Origin: Ramazzottius varieornatus
Lineage: Eukaryota > Animalia > Tardigrada
NCBI GenBank assembly: GCA_001949185.1
Contig: BDGG01000001.1
Span: 3,737,324 to 3,801,323, forward strand
Reading direction: 5' to 3'
DNA: 64,000 nt
The notes under the pieces were generated by a model. It ran no database searches and had not been told where the DNA came from. It saw only the letters and a list, made by a program, of their open reading frames with translations. Each line of letters starts with the position of its first letter. Within the stretch, counting starts at the first letter, position 1. Made by a program: the position numbers and the translations under genes. This document shows, piece after piece, positions 1-13,000 of the stretch.

Positions 1-257
1 CTTTGGTTTCATGCTCCACTCCATATGACGTAATCTGGCCACGCCTTACTGATCTACTCTGCCCACTGCTCATTTTATGAACGTGCCCCGGCTCGAACCA
101 TCCCGTCATGACTCGTGACCCTCAAGTGGAAAAGCACTTGTTGCGGATTATAATTACGGATCTCGGATTTTCGGAACGACACTCTGGCAGACTTTTGTGT
201 CTGATCATGGACAATTTGCTGCTTCCCGTGCTTCATAGATCATCTCCTGGTTCGCGC

Positions 258-1470
258 ATGCCTATGGAGCTTCCTATGGAAGACATCTCCCCACAAAGCC
301 ATACGATGGAGGAGACGAAGGAGATCGATCAAAAGTTGGCAGAGGCTTCCGCCGGCACAACTATCCGCGACATCCCGGATCATCTTCTCATGGACGTCTT
401 CGAGTATTTTGACGCTGTTACTCGTCTTCGCAAGCGAATGTAAGTTATCGCCGAGTTTATGGAAACCGTGGAAGCTAATACCAGACGGTTTTGCCAGGGT
501 GTCCAAGGAATGGAAGGCCATGCTGAGCTCGCGCCAGCTAACAAGAAAACGCATCTTCCTGGACTTCGACATGTACTTCAAAGAGTCGGACCTTCCAGGC
601 CGATTGAAGACTATAATGAAAGCCACGCCGACTACGGAGACGCTGAACCATTTTGAGAACAAGTTCAACCAAGTGCAAAGCCTCATGAGCAATTGCCTCT
701 TTCGCCGTTTCGATGAAGCTGACACGCTGTATGTTCGCATCAACGAGCCTCTTCGCACTGTGGAAGCCTTGATCAAAGAGAAGAACTCTGACACGGCTGA
801 AAAATTACGTGACATAGTTGAGAACGAGTTCATATCTCCTCTTCTGGCGTTCTCGCAGGCTCGGCGTCTCGTCTTTTGCGACAGTATGATGGAAGAGGAA
901 TGCTTGGCTGTCGAGATTGTCGACGACTTCGATGCAGCTGGCGAGGACGAATGGGTGGACGTCCAATCACATCAAATCGGATTCAACCGCCCGCCATGGG
1001 CGAATTCTTACGTGGAAGAGATATGTATGCGAAACTGTGTGGTCGTTTTCGAGCCTATTGCGGAAAAATCCATGGAGCATCAGAAAGGATTTGTGGCTAA
1101 CTTGACATTCCAACTGGAAACTCGACCTCGTTACTCCGACATCATCTGTGCCGCCCTCGATGCTTCTACCTATCGGCCAACTCTTGAAACGTCATCCCAC
1201 ATCATCGCTAACATACTCACTTTTCACGAAGCGGAAATCGAGGATTTTCCCGGATTTTTGGAAGAAACACTGTGGGTAGCCTAATTTCATCCGCAGGAAT
1301 ACCGAAGACCATTACAGTATATATACTTTCACTCACCTGGTTTTGCGTTCTTTAGAAATGATGAAGTTGCGAATATCCCGGAAGAAATCAGCCGGAAGGC
1401 CCTCTCACAGATCGACTTTCCTAGTCTGAAGCATTCCTCCTTGTATCTTCTCCATAGAATTTACGGCTGA
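258..1470 (+). CDS. F-box protein, 3 exons (approx. 258-439, 498-1272, 1356-1470)
   Basis: Splicing gtaagt(440)..ttgccag(497) gives the F-box motif TIRDIPDHLLMDVFEYFDAVTRLRKRMVSKEWKAML. A second GT-AG intron leads in frame to NDEVANIPEE...LHRIYG*. Confidence 0.8.
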
Positions 1471-1608
1471 ATGACGAACGCCGTCCGCTGAACATCCAGA
1501 GTCTCCGTCCAACTTTGCTCAGTCTTGTAAGAGGCCCGATTTTACTTTCTACGTCCGTCCGACTATCGTTCTTTCCGGTTTCTAAGCTTCTCGATTTTAT
1601 TTTAGAGC

Positions 1609-3152
1609 ATGGTTAGTTCAGTCTGAAGATACAAAAATGTAGTTACAAATCTGGTTATATCTTGTGGCGAATAAACTGAAAAAGTGGCCGCTAGTTCGTC
1701 CATCCTTGGCAGATTATTGGATCATTATTCGCGAGTTAACCATCACTAGCTTCCGGTTGGCCTTTATGGTATTGAGTTTCAGGTGCTTTTTCCAATGTCT
1801 CGGACTTCCCAGCAGCGGCAGGTTATCTCCAAATTTGTACAGCCTGTTGGTAAACCTTACGACGTGAGTCACGTTGCAAAAACCAGTTTTCGATACATTT
1901 ATTGAAGGAGACCGTGTAGTACTCGGAAGGTAACTTGCGTACTTACTTTTTGAACCAGCTATTATTATGAATAAATTTGCTGCCTCGGTACTTCGTAGTT
2001 ATTGATCGCACCAGTAATGGTTGGCGTGGCAAAACTTACGAGCGTTAGAATTTATGTTGCAGTTTGATACCAACCTTCTTTGCATACCGAAATTGGGTGC
2101 GTCCAAGATGTCTAGCAGACAAGGAAGAACTTCTTCGCCACTGATGTCCGACTTCCCTCGCTTCAAAGCGCTGTGGTTCTTCAAGAGCGTCCTCGGTGTG
2201 TCTCTATTTTCTAACCGATAGTAATACTAGTACTAATTACTTAGTCCGCTGATCGGTATGTCTTTATCGACTTCAGATGCGGATGGGAATGGTTATACCA
2301 ACGAGGAGGACTTTGTCCGCATAGCTCTGGTATGTCCGCATATGTCTGTCCGCTCTAGCTAGCGGACGTTAATTCCAGCACTGCGCTAACACAATTTCGC
2401 CGCTTTATTCTCTCATGCAGGTTCATGCAGTTATGTTCTGCAAAGGCGCATATTTCAAAGACATCTACGATATGTACATAAGGAACTACCAGGAAATGTG
2501 GAGCGAACTGGCCAGAGCTGCTGATACCAATCAAGTAAGGCAACGGGAAATAATCACTCAGGCACTGCATAACACCGTGTTTACATTGGTTTTCAAGTTC
2601 GCTATTCTGTTTTCCGTTCAGGATGGCGTGATCACATTCCAAGAATGGCACAGCTACGTCACCACCCTACGTTCCAGAGTTAGATCTTTCGAAGACCTGC
2701 CAGAGTTCCTCAAGAAAATGATCGAGAACCACTTCAGCAACTACGACGAGAACCGTATGAGACCGACTGATAATTTCAAGCCCATCAATGGATGACTTAA
2801 TGTAGTAAACCGCGTCGCTCTTCGCTTTAGATGATGGTCAAATAGACATCAACGAGTACCGGTTATACCTGTGCGGGAAGAATATGGACTTGAAGCTGGC
2901 CACTGACTGCTTCCAGACTTTGCTCACGGTAAGCATGCTTAGTCAAGTTATCGTATGATATGCCCAATGGATTTTCTTTTACAGGGAAAGGACCAAGCAA
3001 GGGGAACTATCAACAAGAAAGAATTCTGCGCGCTAATGTTCGACTTCCTTTTCTCAACGCAGCCCAACAGTGGTGGGACCTACATCTGCGGACCGCTTCA
3101 GTCTGTCAAAAGCACCGTGATTGACGTTTACACCCATCTGGCCGGAGTTTGA
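1609..3152 (+). CDS. Sarcoplasmic calcium-binding protein / calexcitin-like EF-hand protein, multi-exon
   Basis: Spliced exons give EF-hand loops DADGNGYTNEED, DTNQDGVITFQE and DENHDGQIDINE, plus an SCP-type C-terminus (EFCALMFDFLFS...YICGPL). Upstream exons (ATG 1609; 1782-1862; 2063 onward) join in frame, but the ATG at 2108 is an alternative start. Confidence 0.85.
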
Positions 3153-3238
3153 AGACTATGGAGGTACTTAATCAGCACACGGTTTCTCGCTGTTGGATTC
3201 TTCCCTCAGACTTTATTTATAACAAGATAAATACAAAA

Positions 3239-3598
3239 TCAAGCAGTTGCTGAGTCTTCGACACCGTCGGGCTCGTCGTTTCTGTGTCTCCATCTGTTCT
3301 CAGCAATAGTGCCCATGGTGCCACCTGCGACTCCACCCGAAGGGCCAGCCAAGATCCCGCCCGCGGTAGCGCCAAAAGCCGCTGCCTTGAACGCTCCTCT
3401 TTTATCACGAACGCTTAATGGCGTCAATACCAGGAAACAACCTACATTCACCAAAAAATATCATCAAAACTTTGTCCGTGCTCGTCAATAATAATGATGA
3501 ACATCGTTTGGAGTCAGTAATGGGACGAGAGCGCTGAACTAACTTGCATCCAGCACAAAGATAGCTGCTATGAGGAAGCATATCCACTGGAATCTCAT
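3239..3598 (-). CDS. Secreted 85-aa glycine-zipper prepropeptide, 2 exons (3598-3544, 3441-3239)
   Basis: MRFQWICFLIAAIFVLDASCFLVLTPLSVRDKR|GAFKAAAFGATAGGILAGPSGGVAGGTMGTIAENRWRHRNDEPDGVEDSATA*. The 102-nt gttagt..tgtag intron preserves the frame, and AATAAA lies about 20 nt after the stop. Confidence 0.8.
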
Positions 3599-4002
3599 TG
3601 TGAAGTCGGATGGGAAGAACTCAGGGTATGGTAGCGAATATATCCGAGGTTGCCAGTAGGGAGAGCGTTGAGTATCACGAGGAAGTTTCAAACGACTTCA
3701 ATTCGTCGAACGTCGCTGTCGATGAAGAAGAGTCTGCTTGTCCAGTAAGGTTTCTTCCTTGGGTCTTTGACCGGTGGCTAGTCGTTATGGAGATCCAGCA
3801 TATAAGCTGACCTTACGTGAGCTTCAAGGACGTAGTAACCGGCACTCTAATCGTACATATCGATCGTCCAGGACATGTTACGCTTTGGCCAGGATGCACT
3901 TTGTCCCAAATTCATATTGCTGAAATCAGATTATGCTCGCATTCCGATGTAGTCGTATTGTGGCATCCCTTTTTCACAGAGCCATATTCCTCCTTCTTGC
4001 AG

Positions 4003-7000
4003 ACTTATTGGCCGGTCATAAGTGGTTTATTGTTAATAATTTCACCAGCCTTATCGACGTTGTCTTTGGTACTGATTACGACTTTTCCCATTATCATGAT
4101 CTCCGCTTCACCCTCACCGGACTCGGTACGTTCATTGTGGAAGATTTCAGCTCAATCGCGAAGTGAGACGTGAGCGAATAAGTTGACCCAGATCGTTATT
4201 TCATGTGGAACATGTTTCCATCACCATTGGCTGGAAGTGTGCGCCACTTGGGAGAACGATCTGGCTCAATTTGTTTGCCCACTTCCCAAATTTCACGGGT
4301 GAATACTAAATTGCAGTCGGGAACTTCATTCTGTCGAATTTTCAGGGTTTATTTTCTGTTGGTGGATGGTCCACTATCTCTCAACGAGAGAAATGTGGTT
4401 CAACGGCATGGCCATGGAGCTCTTCCTTCTCGTGCAAGTTCTCGGCTATCTCAGCAATTACGCCTTTACCACAACGAACCTATATCAGCCGCTCATCATT
4501 GCCCTCATCGTTTTCGTCTCTTTCCGTTACTATCGGCACTACCTCAACCATATTAGAACGCTCGATCCAGAAAGGTCCCTTTACCGTGTCGCCCAGCTTC
4601 AGCGGCCGTTTGTGCCGAAAAGAGCTCTTCAGCTTATACAGATGACACCCCTCTGTTACTCATTCCTTCTAAAGATCCATCAATACATGGACGAAGGAAC
4701 CTACGTGAGAGTGAAGTACTCGCTCGGCATGGCGGATGCACTAGTGTATGTCGGTATCAACATGGATCTCGGTTTGGTGGTCCTCAGTAGGATCGTGGGG
4801 ACATTGAGGACGGCTTATAAGGAACTGTCGTTGGGAAACATCGCGTGGATGGTTCGCGTAGGTCAATATTGCAATCTATATGACTCGTATTCCATGGATT
4901 CCATGCAGTCTATGACCCAAATGATCCCGCTTGTATAGTATCAATAAAAATAATCCCCAGATCACTCGCATATCGGCATTTATTCCAAATAAGGTTTGAA
5001 CATACTTCCGACCATCGCGCGACCAGTACAATAACTAACTTTATATTAACTAGTGACGTAGCTGACTGATTTAAATATCGTATCTTCATATTTTCGATGG
5101 ATGCAAATGCCGATTTGTTGTTGCGAGATTGAGGCCAAACGATATTCCAATATAGTACCATCCTATTCCGATACAGTACCATCCTTATATATCATCATGA
5201 CATCATCGTGATGATGAACGTAAAACAACGCACAAATGATGTCAGGCAAATTCCTTCCCGCTATTTTCCGTCAAAAACGAGAAAAAATCAATATGAGCGA
5301 GCAAAAACCACAAGCAAGAACTGATACGCTAAATACGGACGAAACAATCAGATCAGACTTCGTGTTGGTTATTGGTCTTCGAGGCATGCCACATGTAAGA
5401 ACTGAAAAGAATTTATGACGGCAGAAACAGATTCGTTAACGTACTTGAGCTTTACAGGTTAACGTGACCGGTGCGTATACGGTGATGATCAGGGACTTCG
5501 GCTGGAAATCCATCCCGTCGGACCAGCTTCACATTTCGTGGTTCCTGTACTGGGTGATCAAGGTTATCCTGATAACCGTGATGTGGGGACAGACTGACCC
5601 GGCTGTTCGGGACTTCTACCCACAGTACGTGGCGCAAGAGTTGGCCGGAAGCTTTGTGGCAGCGACAGCGACAGTTTACTTTTTGTGCCTGTCGACGGGA
5701 ATGTTCATGACCTTCCTGGCTACAGCCTGTACGATGAGCGGTGATGTTATTCCGCAAAGTAATGTCTTGCACAGCTGTTTCGACACTGTTCAGCATATTC
5801 GATGGAACTGCTTTCCGTGGAAGGTACCGCCCTATAAACAAGTAACACTGACAATGCACGCGATCCTTTTTGGGCATATTCCGCTATGTGGGAAGATGAT
5901 CCAGAATGTGGGACAAACGGCTCGCCGAACATGTCCGTAAGTCCGCCACAGTGTCTTTAGAGCTTAGCTCGATTTTAGTGAACAAATATTTTTGCGGAAA
6001 GGTCAAGCTGTGATTCGATATTTTAGCTCAAATGTAAAACTGGGAATCAAGATAAGCTCATAGACAGGCTCGGCCAAGCGTGGAAAATTTGATGTCGGTA
6101 CAAGAGCTCTGAAATGGGATAAAATAATCTGATGTCTCATTGTCGTCTTTGTTTCAAGTCTCATTGAAGTCATAGTGACATCAAGTGGCATGCGCGGGCA
6201 GTAAAGCTTAACTAGAATTGGCTCAGCATCGACACCAGGTCTCTAATTTGATCGTCGTTGATTATATTTATGACCGATAGATTAACCGCTGGCCTCTGGC
6301 TTGCTACATATGTTAAACGCCGAAAGCATCTATTTTGGTAGGTTTATTGGTTGACAAGTGGTTTTAATTGCCCTTGCAGGTGCCTCAGTCAACAGTGGCT
6401 GCGCGCGTTTGGAGGGATTGGCGCAATTATCACATATTTGATATACTCTTATGCGGTGACACATTTCATCCTTATTGCGGCACCTACTGTCTCGCAGTGT
6501 TTCGCCCACAGTATCGATTACACATCGGCAGTCTGGATGGGATACAACCTGCTGATCGCTATCATGGAGATCGTTACCATCTGCGTCTTCCAGGGACTCG
6601 ATTCGCCCACATCCCGAAGTAACCTCGAACGAGGAACCGGGCTCTTTCGGACCACGATGACCGGTGTTCTAGCTGTTTCCCTGACCGTTGTGAACCTGAT
6701 TGTCCTCCACGAGACAATCTATGTCTCACCGGGAATGTGCTTCTACAAAGATATCGTCCACAACTGTCTACAGATCAGCGCACGTGCCATATTCCTCTTT
6801 ATTGCCATACGAAATTCACAGGAGTGTGGCATTTTCAAACGACTGAGGACGGTTGATTCTCTAACGTTCCGGAAAAGTGGCACCAATGTGGGGTCTGGTA
6901 GACGGTTTGATGAATTATGCGGTCTATGTTATGGTAAACAGTCTGACAGACCACTGAGAAAACTTCCGGTCTGCGGTCATACGTTTCACGACGAGTGTTT

Positions 7001-7109
7001 CGACCCGTGGCCAGATCTCGGGCACCGGTGCCCAGTCTGCCGGACTGTTTTTACTCGATCCTCTGTGCAAACGATCCCTTTTCGTCCTCAAAATTCCGAA
7101 ACTGAGTAG
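4003..7109 (+). CDS. RNF145: RNF145/RNF139(TRC8)-like multipass membrane RING-H2 E3 ubiquitin ligase; 5' end uncertain (possible first exon 3628-3744)
   Basis: Exons approx. 4003-4162, 4345-~4855, 5458-5936, 6381-7109, with many TM helices. Segments MTPL..DALVYVGIN..RTAYKEL and QQWLRAF resemble the TRC8_N domain as I recall it. C-terminal RING-H2: CGLC..CGHTFHDEC..W..CPVC. Confidence 0.75.
4190..4262. repeat. Palindromic AAGTGGCGCAC-family element (intronic copy)
   Basis: cagatcgttatttcatgtgg..gtgcgccacttgggagaacgatctg hairpin. Confidence 0.7.
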
Positions 7110-7619
7110 TCCTTGAATTTTTCCTGGCTGTCTTCTTTGACTATTTAACCGTGTCATCTGAAACCTACATTTTGTTTAATTATTGATCATTGGCCCTAAA
7201 CGGACCAAAGTGTCAAGTTCCTCGTTCCACTCGTCTCTTGTCTCTGATCTCTTGTTAATAAATTTTACGCTGGCTCTGCACATCGACTCTTCTTAACGAT
7301 CCTGTGAATGTTTCCTCTTGTCGGTAAGATTGAAATATGCAGCAAATCGGTTACTCTGGCAGCATTGGTGGTATCTGGTCGAAACTGAGCGACAATAAAT
7401 CATTTTCTAGCCACAACATCCAGACGTCCCATGTCTAGGCGGGCCAATATAAAAAGTCAGAACAGTAATAAGCGCGAAGTCGGTCGATATTCTTCACTTT
7501 CAGCAGCGTCGTACTTTAGACTCTTACCAGAATGTTAGGAAAAGGGAAAACAACAAGTGTGGTGTTTTGCCTTGCAAAATCGAAGGCGCGACGGAAGTAC
7601 GAGGTTGAGGCGCCGGTCA

Positions 7620-8656
7620 TTATTGGGATCTATTGACGACGATCTCCTTAGTGTGCCAGCCGTACTTCTCATTGATATGGGCGATCACACGGTCATAAAC
7701 CACAACGGAATACGGCTCCGGATCTTCAGCGTGACCGCCGAGCAGGTATACGTCGGTGGTTTGCGTTGGCGGTCCCCGGATGAAGATGCGCCGGTTCTTC
7801 TGATAATCTTCCATGTAGAGCCGAGCTCGGTTACACCTCCGCAATTGTCTTTCGAGCGAACGTCTAGAAAAATAACAATCCAAAAATTAAACAGTTCCGA
7901 AAGTCGTACATCGCATACGGTGCGGTTGTGAACTTCGGGTCGCACTGGAGAACCACTCTCGAGCAGAAGGCGCAAGCAGTCCTGCGACGACCATGATGCT
8001 TCTCGTCTACATGACAGTAGCAGTGGTCCTTACTGAAAAAAGCAACGCACACACGTTCACTATAAAAACGTTTAAATTTATGCAGTACGAATATCTTCGA
8101 ATCCCAGCCGGAAGTAAAAGACCCAGTCGCCCAGGGGAAGCTTCTACAGTTCGCAATTCGCACTCATCTGTTGAACGTTGAACCGCATGTCGAGCAATGG
8201 GATCGGATGTAGATCGCTACCTGGCCGCCATCCTGCAGCAGGAAACCACGTCAGTCAATGCAAGAAATTGTTCGATTACCTGAGGAATATCCAGACACAA
8301 CCCAGTGACAGCCACTATTGTAGTGAAATCCCACCCTGATATTCCGGAGCAGAATATGATGGATTCCTGGAGTCAATAATAATCCCTCGTCAGTCGTCCG
8401 TTCCAGAAAGCAGGTCCTTGTATCATTTATCATCCCATTTATCATTTATCTAGTCATTTATCATTTATCATCCCATTCTATCCCACTCACTTGAAGTGAG
8501 TGGCGGAGTTCCAGGCTTTCGCGCCGCATTATGCACCTGCGTACAGGGACTGTCCACGAAGATAACGCGCCGACTCCCGCACAACAGGGCTGAGTTCGAT
8601 TCTGCAAAGTTTGCTTTTTGGTTTTCCAACAAGCCATGATTGTCACTTCGTATTGC
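7620..8656 (-). CDS. F-box-family paralog lacking a recognisable 5' end (possible pseudogene)
   Basis: Six spliced exons, including a 12-nt microexon at 8232-8221, keep one frame. ALLCGSRRVIFVDS..TPPLTSRIHHILLRNIRVGF aligns by eye with LLAFSQARRLVFCDS..RPPWANSYVEEICMRNCVVVF of the gene at 258-1470. Confidence 0.55.
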
Positions 8657-10009
8657 CTTTTAACCCAAAATGCACGTTCATCAAAGGTACACTCATCTAG
8701 CGTAATTAATATATGAAAAAATATTTGGCTACAGGCCGAAAGCGGCAACGCTTCGATTGATCGTCAGTTAAGCCAAGAGATACCGCCTTCGGCCGGTGGT
8801 CAGAAATTTTTGCGCCGCCATTAATTAGGCCAGGCGTGTGTACGATGCTTGCCTGCAGACACACAAAACGATGTCGTTAAAATAGGAACGAAGTACGGAT
8901 GGAAGCATAAAGAAGGACCGTCGTGACACATCTTGATAGCCCAACCCTGTCCTCTTTGTTTGTCTGACCACCGGGCAACTTTTTGTACGTGCTTGAGGCA
9001 GTCGGTTTTGCTGGACTTATCATATCACATACAGCCTAGGAGTACAAAGAAGACGGTCCCGACGAAGGCAATTACTCCTCTAGGTCCAGTATCAGTAAAC
9101 CATGTATTCAAAATCGACCGCATAATTTCAAGATGAGTTCACGCTTCTCATGGGTTTGAGGATAGCAGGGCCTTATAACTCGAAATACACGATGATCTTC
9201 TATTTCTCAATAATTTACGTTTCTACGTGTGCTAACGCGCTAGTACCATATCCACTTTCGATCAGTTAATTAAACGTTAGGAGAGACGATGATTCTGGGT
9301 TTCTTCCGGAGCGCGTTGTCGATTATGTGATGTACTTCACTTCCGCTGACTATAACTACACAGATCTTAATTACGCACTATACGTCGCGGATTTCGTGGC
9401 CGGCGAGAGAAAAATACCTGTAGCCGCAGCGATAGATATTTCGAAAAATTCGAAATACAGCATTTTCCGGCATCCAGAAGCACTTTCCACATCGATAAAC
9501 AAGGAATACCATGAAGGTTTGTTAATAGCTGTTTACTCATCGTGCCAACGTGGTATTTTGATTTGAACACAGCTTTTTTTAGACTCCTTCTATGGATGCT
9601 GTCCAACGCCCGATGGATTAAATCGATACGAACAGATGTACAGCTCTTCAAAAATCTGTTCCGCAAGGGTTAGGAGTGCCCATACGCCGGAAAAGCGAAA
9701 GTGTTTTGTAATAGAAGAACGGATGCCGGAAGAAATGAGCTCGAAAAATCGGCAGAAACGACAAAAGAACAGGAAACTAAAGTGATACCATCGACACCCG
9801 GGTGTTCCGCTAGCGTGAGTCATTTTGAATGAGATGCGTTATCAAAGTGCAACTCCGTATTGTTAATTTCAAGATTTCAGGTTCAAATTTCACACGAAAA
9901 ATCAGTCTCCTATTCATTTTTCTTAATCAGTCTCCTATTCATTTTAAACATGGCCTCTATTTTAACAGGCAGGAATGATCTCGGTATCGACGATCTAGGC
10001 AGAATTGTG

Positions 10010-13000
10010 TTTAAAAATTTCAGCTGGGCAGCAGCCAGACACGGGCATCTCTACCTTGGTCGGTATGGCTGAGCAGTGTTTCGGCGGTGAGGAGTCCCTT
10101 TATCTTCCGTCTCGCCATCAGGATCTCTTCGCCTTCTTTATAAAGGAGAAAGAAAGATCGGAATGCAAAAGTCTTTCGGCATGAGAAAACACCCACACAC
10201 ACCATGTGCACCGAGAGAGATAAAGTGATGACAGAAACATAGTTCACGGATTTCTGGGTGGCTAACGAAACTATGAGATTGGAGCTAAGCAAGAAATATG
10301 CTTCCACTGTAGAAGTGTTCGATCTAGTCTACACTGAAGCCTCTTCCTACGTATCTTATTGATCTCATGCGGAATTCATGAACGCAGTTAAAAGATACGG
10401 CGTCGATATGGGAAACTCACACATGTGGCGGTGGGCAGCTCGAAAAATCACGACTCACATCAGCATGAAAATGCGCTGTATGCTGGTGGCATGGCTGACG
10501 AAGACACAGCTATATTTCGATGTGATGATCGACGAGTCCACTGACAGTGATGGCTCGCAGAACCTCATCATATACATCCGCGTCGAGATCGATGGAGACC
10601 CAGTGTCGTTCTTTTGGGGACTAGTCAAGTTGAGAAAGACCACGAGCGCTGCAGACATCACCGACGCACTACTCGATGATTTAATCGCGTCAAACTGGTT
10701 GGGTCTTAAGCGAGACCACATGGTCATGAAGTGGGTTGGGTTCGCAACTGGCGGTGCGTCGGCACTAACCGGACCTAACAGACTCGCGGAACAATTCCCA
10801 CTCATAATGTCCACTCACTGCGTTGCCCATCGTCTACAGCTCATTGTTGACGACACGGTAAAAAAGCGAGCTATTTCCATCAAGTTCGAGGATGCAGTCC
10901 GTGATATTTACTCGTACTACTCCAGGTAAGAAAAGTGGTGGAACAAACTTTCTGACTGCTTTCATGTAGAAGATTGGTGAACACTGTTTACCGAACTGGC
11001 TCACCAACTTACAAATACGCACAAAAAGCACGGCCATGCCTTTGTTTTTTGAAATATGGTCCGACATGAGCCGCTGAGACCTGACCGTGTCAGACCCGTG
11101 CTTACTTCACATACAAGACATGAAAGGACAGAAGCTACTCGACCAACCGCTGTCGATAGCGTCATTTCCTTTCGGTGATTCACAAGTCGCTTGACCCTTA
11201 TACAGGGTACGCTGCCTGCTACGGTTGAGTTCCCTAGTTCCCGAATTTACAACTCACTAAGGAGAGGCGCACAGTTCTAGTATAGTTGGTGACTTATCTG
11301 CACACGCAATGGTGTGGGAACCGATTACGCATACGACTCCTTCGCGCACTATGGAATTGCCCACCGCATAGTAGTTGACCGTAAATTTAGAGTTAGAGGA
11401 GTGAAATCCGAGCGGGCATCCCTGTGTGTTTGGCGTCCATCGATAACGATGGCCGCGCCGCACTGCGCATAACACAGCACAGGCTTTTGGTTTATTCAAT
11501 GATGGAGGAATAGTCAAAGACCGCCGTATTGTATCCCCATTTGGCTGTGAAGACTAACTACATACGGTGGCAGTAATCTACACTATCGTTTAATGCCGAT
11601 TCTATCTATTAGGGAACGTCCACACATCCAGAGAAATCGGGAATGGGCTGCTGAAGCTATTTAAAGGTGGGGGGCTTAACAGGGAATGTTGAGGAAGAGC
11701 AACGATAATATGGTTTCGATAGTAGTCTCTGTCGTGTAAGTGCCAATTCTACATAATCACATAGGAAACACAATACGTATATTACTGTGGGTCTTTCTGG
11801 CATTCAGTCGCTGCCCATTTGTCCACGTTCTGTAATCACATGAATGCATAGTTCAAGTTCTACCGAGGGCTCCCCAGTCGTGCGTTATGGGTATCACCCT
11901 GAAACATTACTCTCATCAAACGTGCTCAGTTTCCGTAACGAATCGGGAATACCTTCAGGTGCATTTGGAACAATCTTCCAACAATCGATAACAATCGATA
12001 AGTGTGTGCCGTAGTATTTAAGGTTTAGCGCGACCATGATCTTCGCCCACATGCACCGCATAATTATTAAACGTGTCTGCACTATAAGGAAAAATGACAC
12101 TTCGATGACACCATTGACGGTCAATGGAGCTCACAATGTGGGATATGCCTGCTGATAATATTCAACGTTTCGTTCGTGATTGTGAATCTGATGAGCTACT
12201 GTTCTGTAGGTACCCAGAAGCCACAAGAAGACTTCAAAGCGTAATGGATCTTCTGGACCAAGACTTCCTGCAGCCCAAAACGCTTCTTGAGATCCGGTGG
12301 GTAGCGTCAAAGCAGGTCGCGATACGAGCGATTATTCGCGACTACAACGGACTTATCTTTGAAATTGGTGAGGCCGTGACCTTGGCGGCTGAAGGTGGTC
12401 CCCTGAAAGCTCGGTTGACCAACCTCTACAACTTTATCGCATCAACTCAGTTCCTCCTAACTCTTCACTTTCTTCAAGATCTCCGCGCTGAGCTATCCAA
12501 ATTATCGAGAAAAGATTACCGGGTTTTCGGCTTACATGACACCGTCAAGAGTTCGTCAAAGTTCTGAACAGTTGAGAGTATAACGCGTCACCGTCTATCA
12601 CGGCGCTGAGGACAAAAGCAAGTTCCAACATCGCCTAGTGTTCTTTCAGGAGCGTCCAGAAACATTCGGTACACCAGTTAACGGTAAGAAACAATTAATC
12701 GTGCCGATCATCAAATATAGTCAAAGCTTTTCCTCCTCTTTTTTCACTGCAGACTATAACGGCAACTCTTTTACGGCTTTCCGCAAGGAGTCCGTGGACC
12801 TGCTGCAAAATGTTCTCATATTCTTCAACTTGCGTTTCCCCGAAACGGAAGCGACGAGACACTTCCGGGTGTTCCAGTTGAACAAAATTCCTCGCGAGAA
12901 CGGACGCTATGGCGATACACACATACAAGTGCTGGCCCGATACCTTCGATTCCACCCGCCTAACGTCCTAGCACAGTGGACCAAGTTCAAAGCAGAGTTT

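Noticed and set aside
240-833. 197-aa minus-strand ORF, and similar long antisense ORFs (12968-13639, 16900-17349, 61171-61683)
   Set aside because: Antisense shadows of real coding exons, with no motifs of their own.
9900-9945. 20-bp direct repeat aatcagtctcctattcattt, and other short repeats (8425-8480, 11981-12000, 32780-32840, 36718-36738)
   Set aside because: Ordinary slippage duplications or microsatellites.
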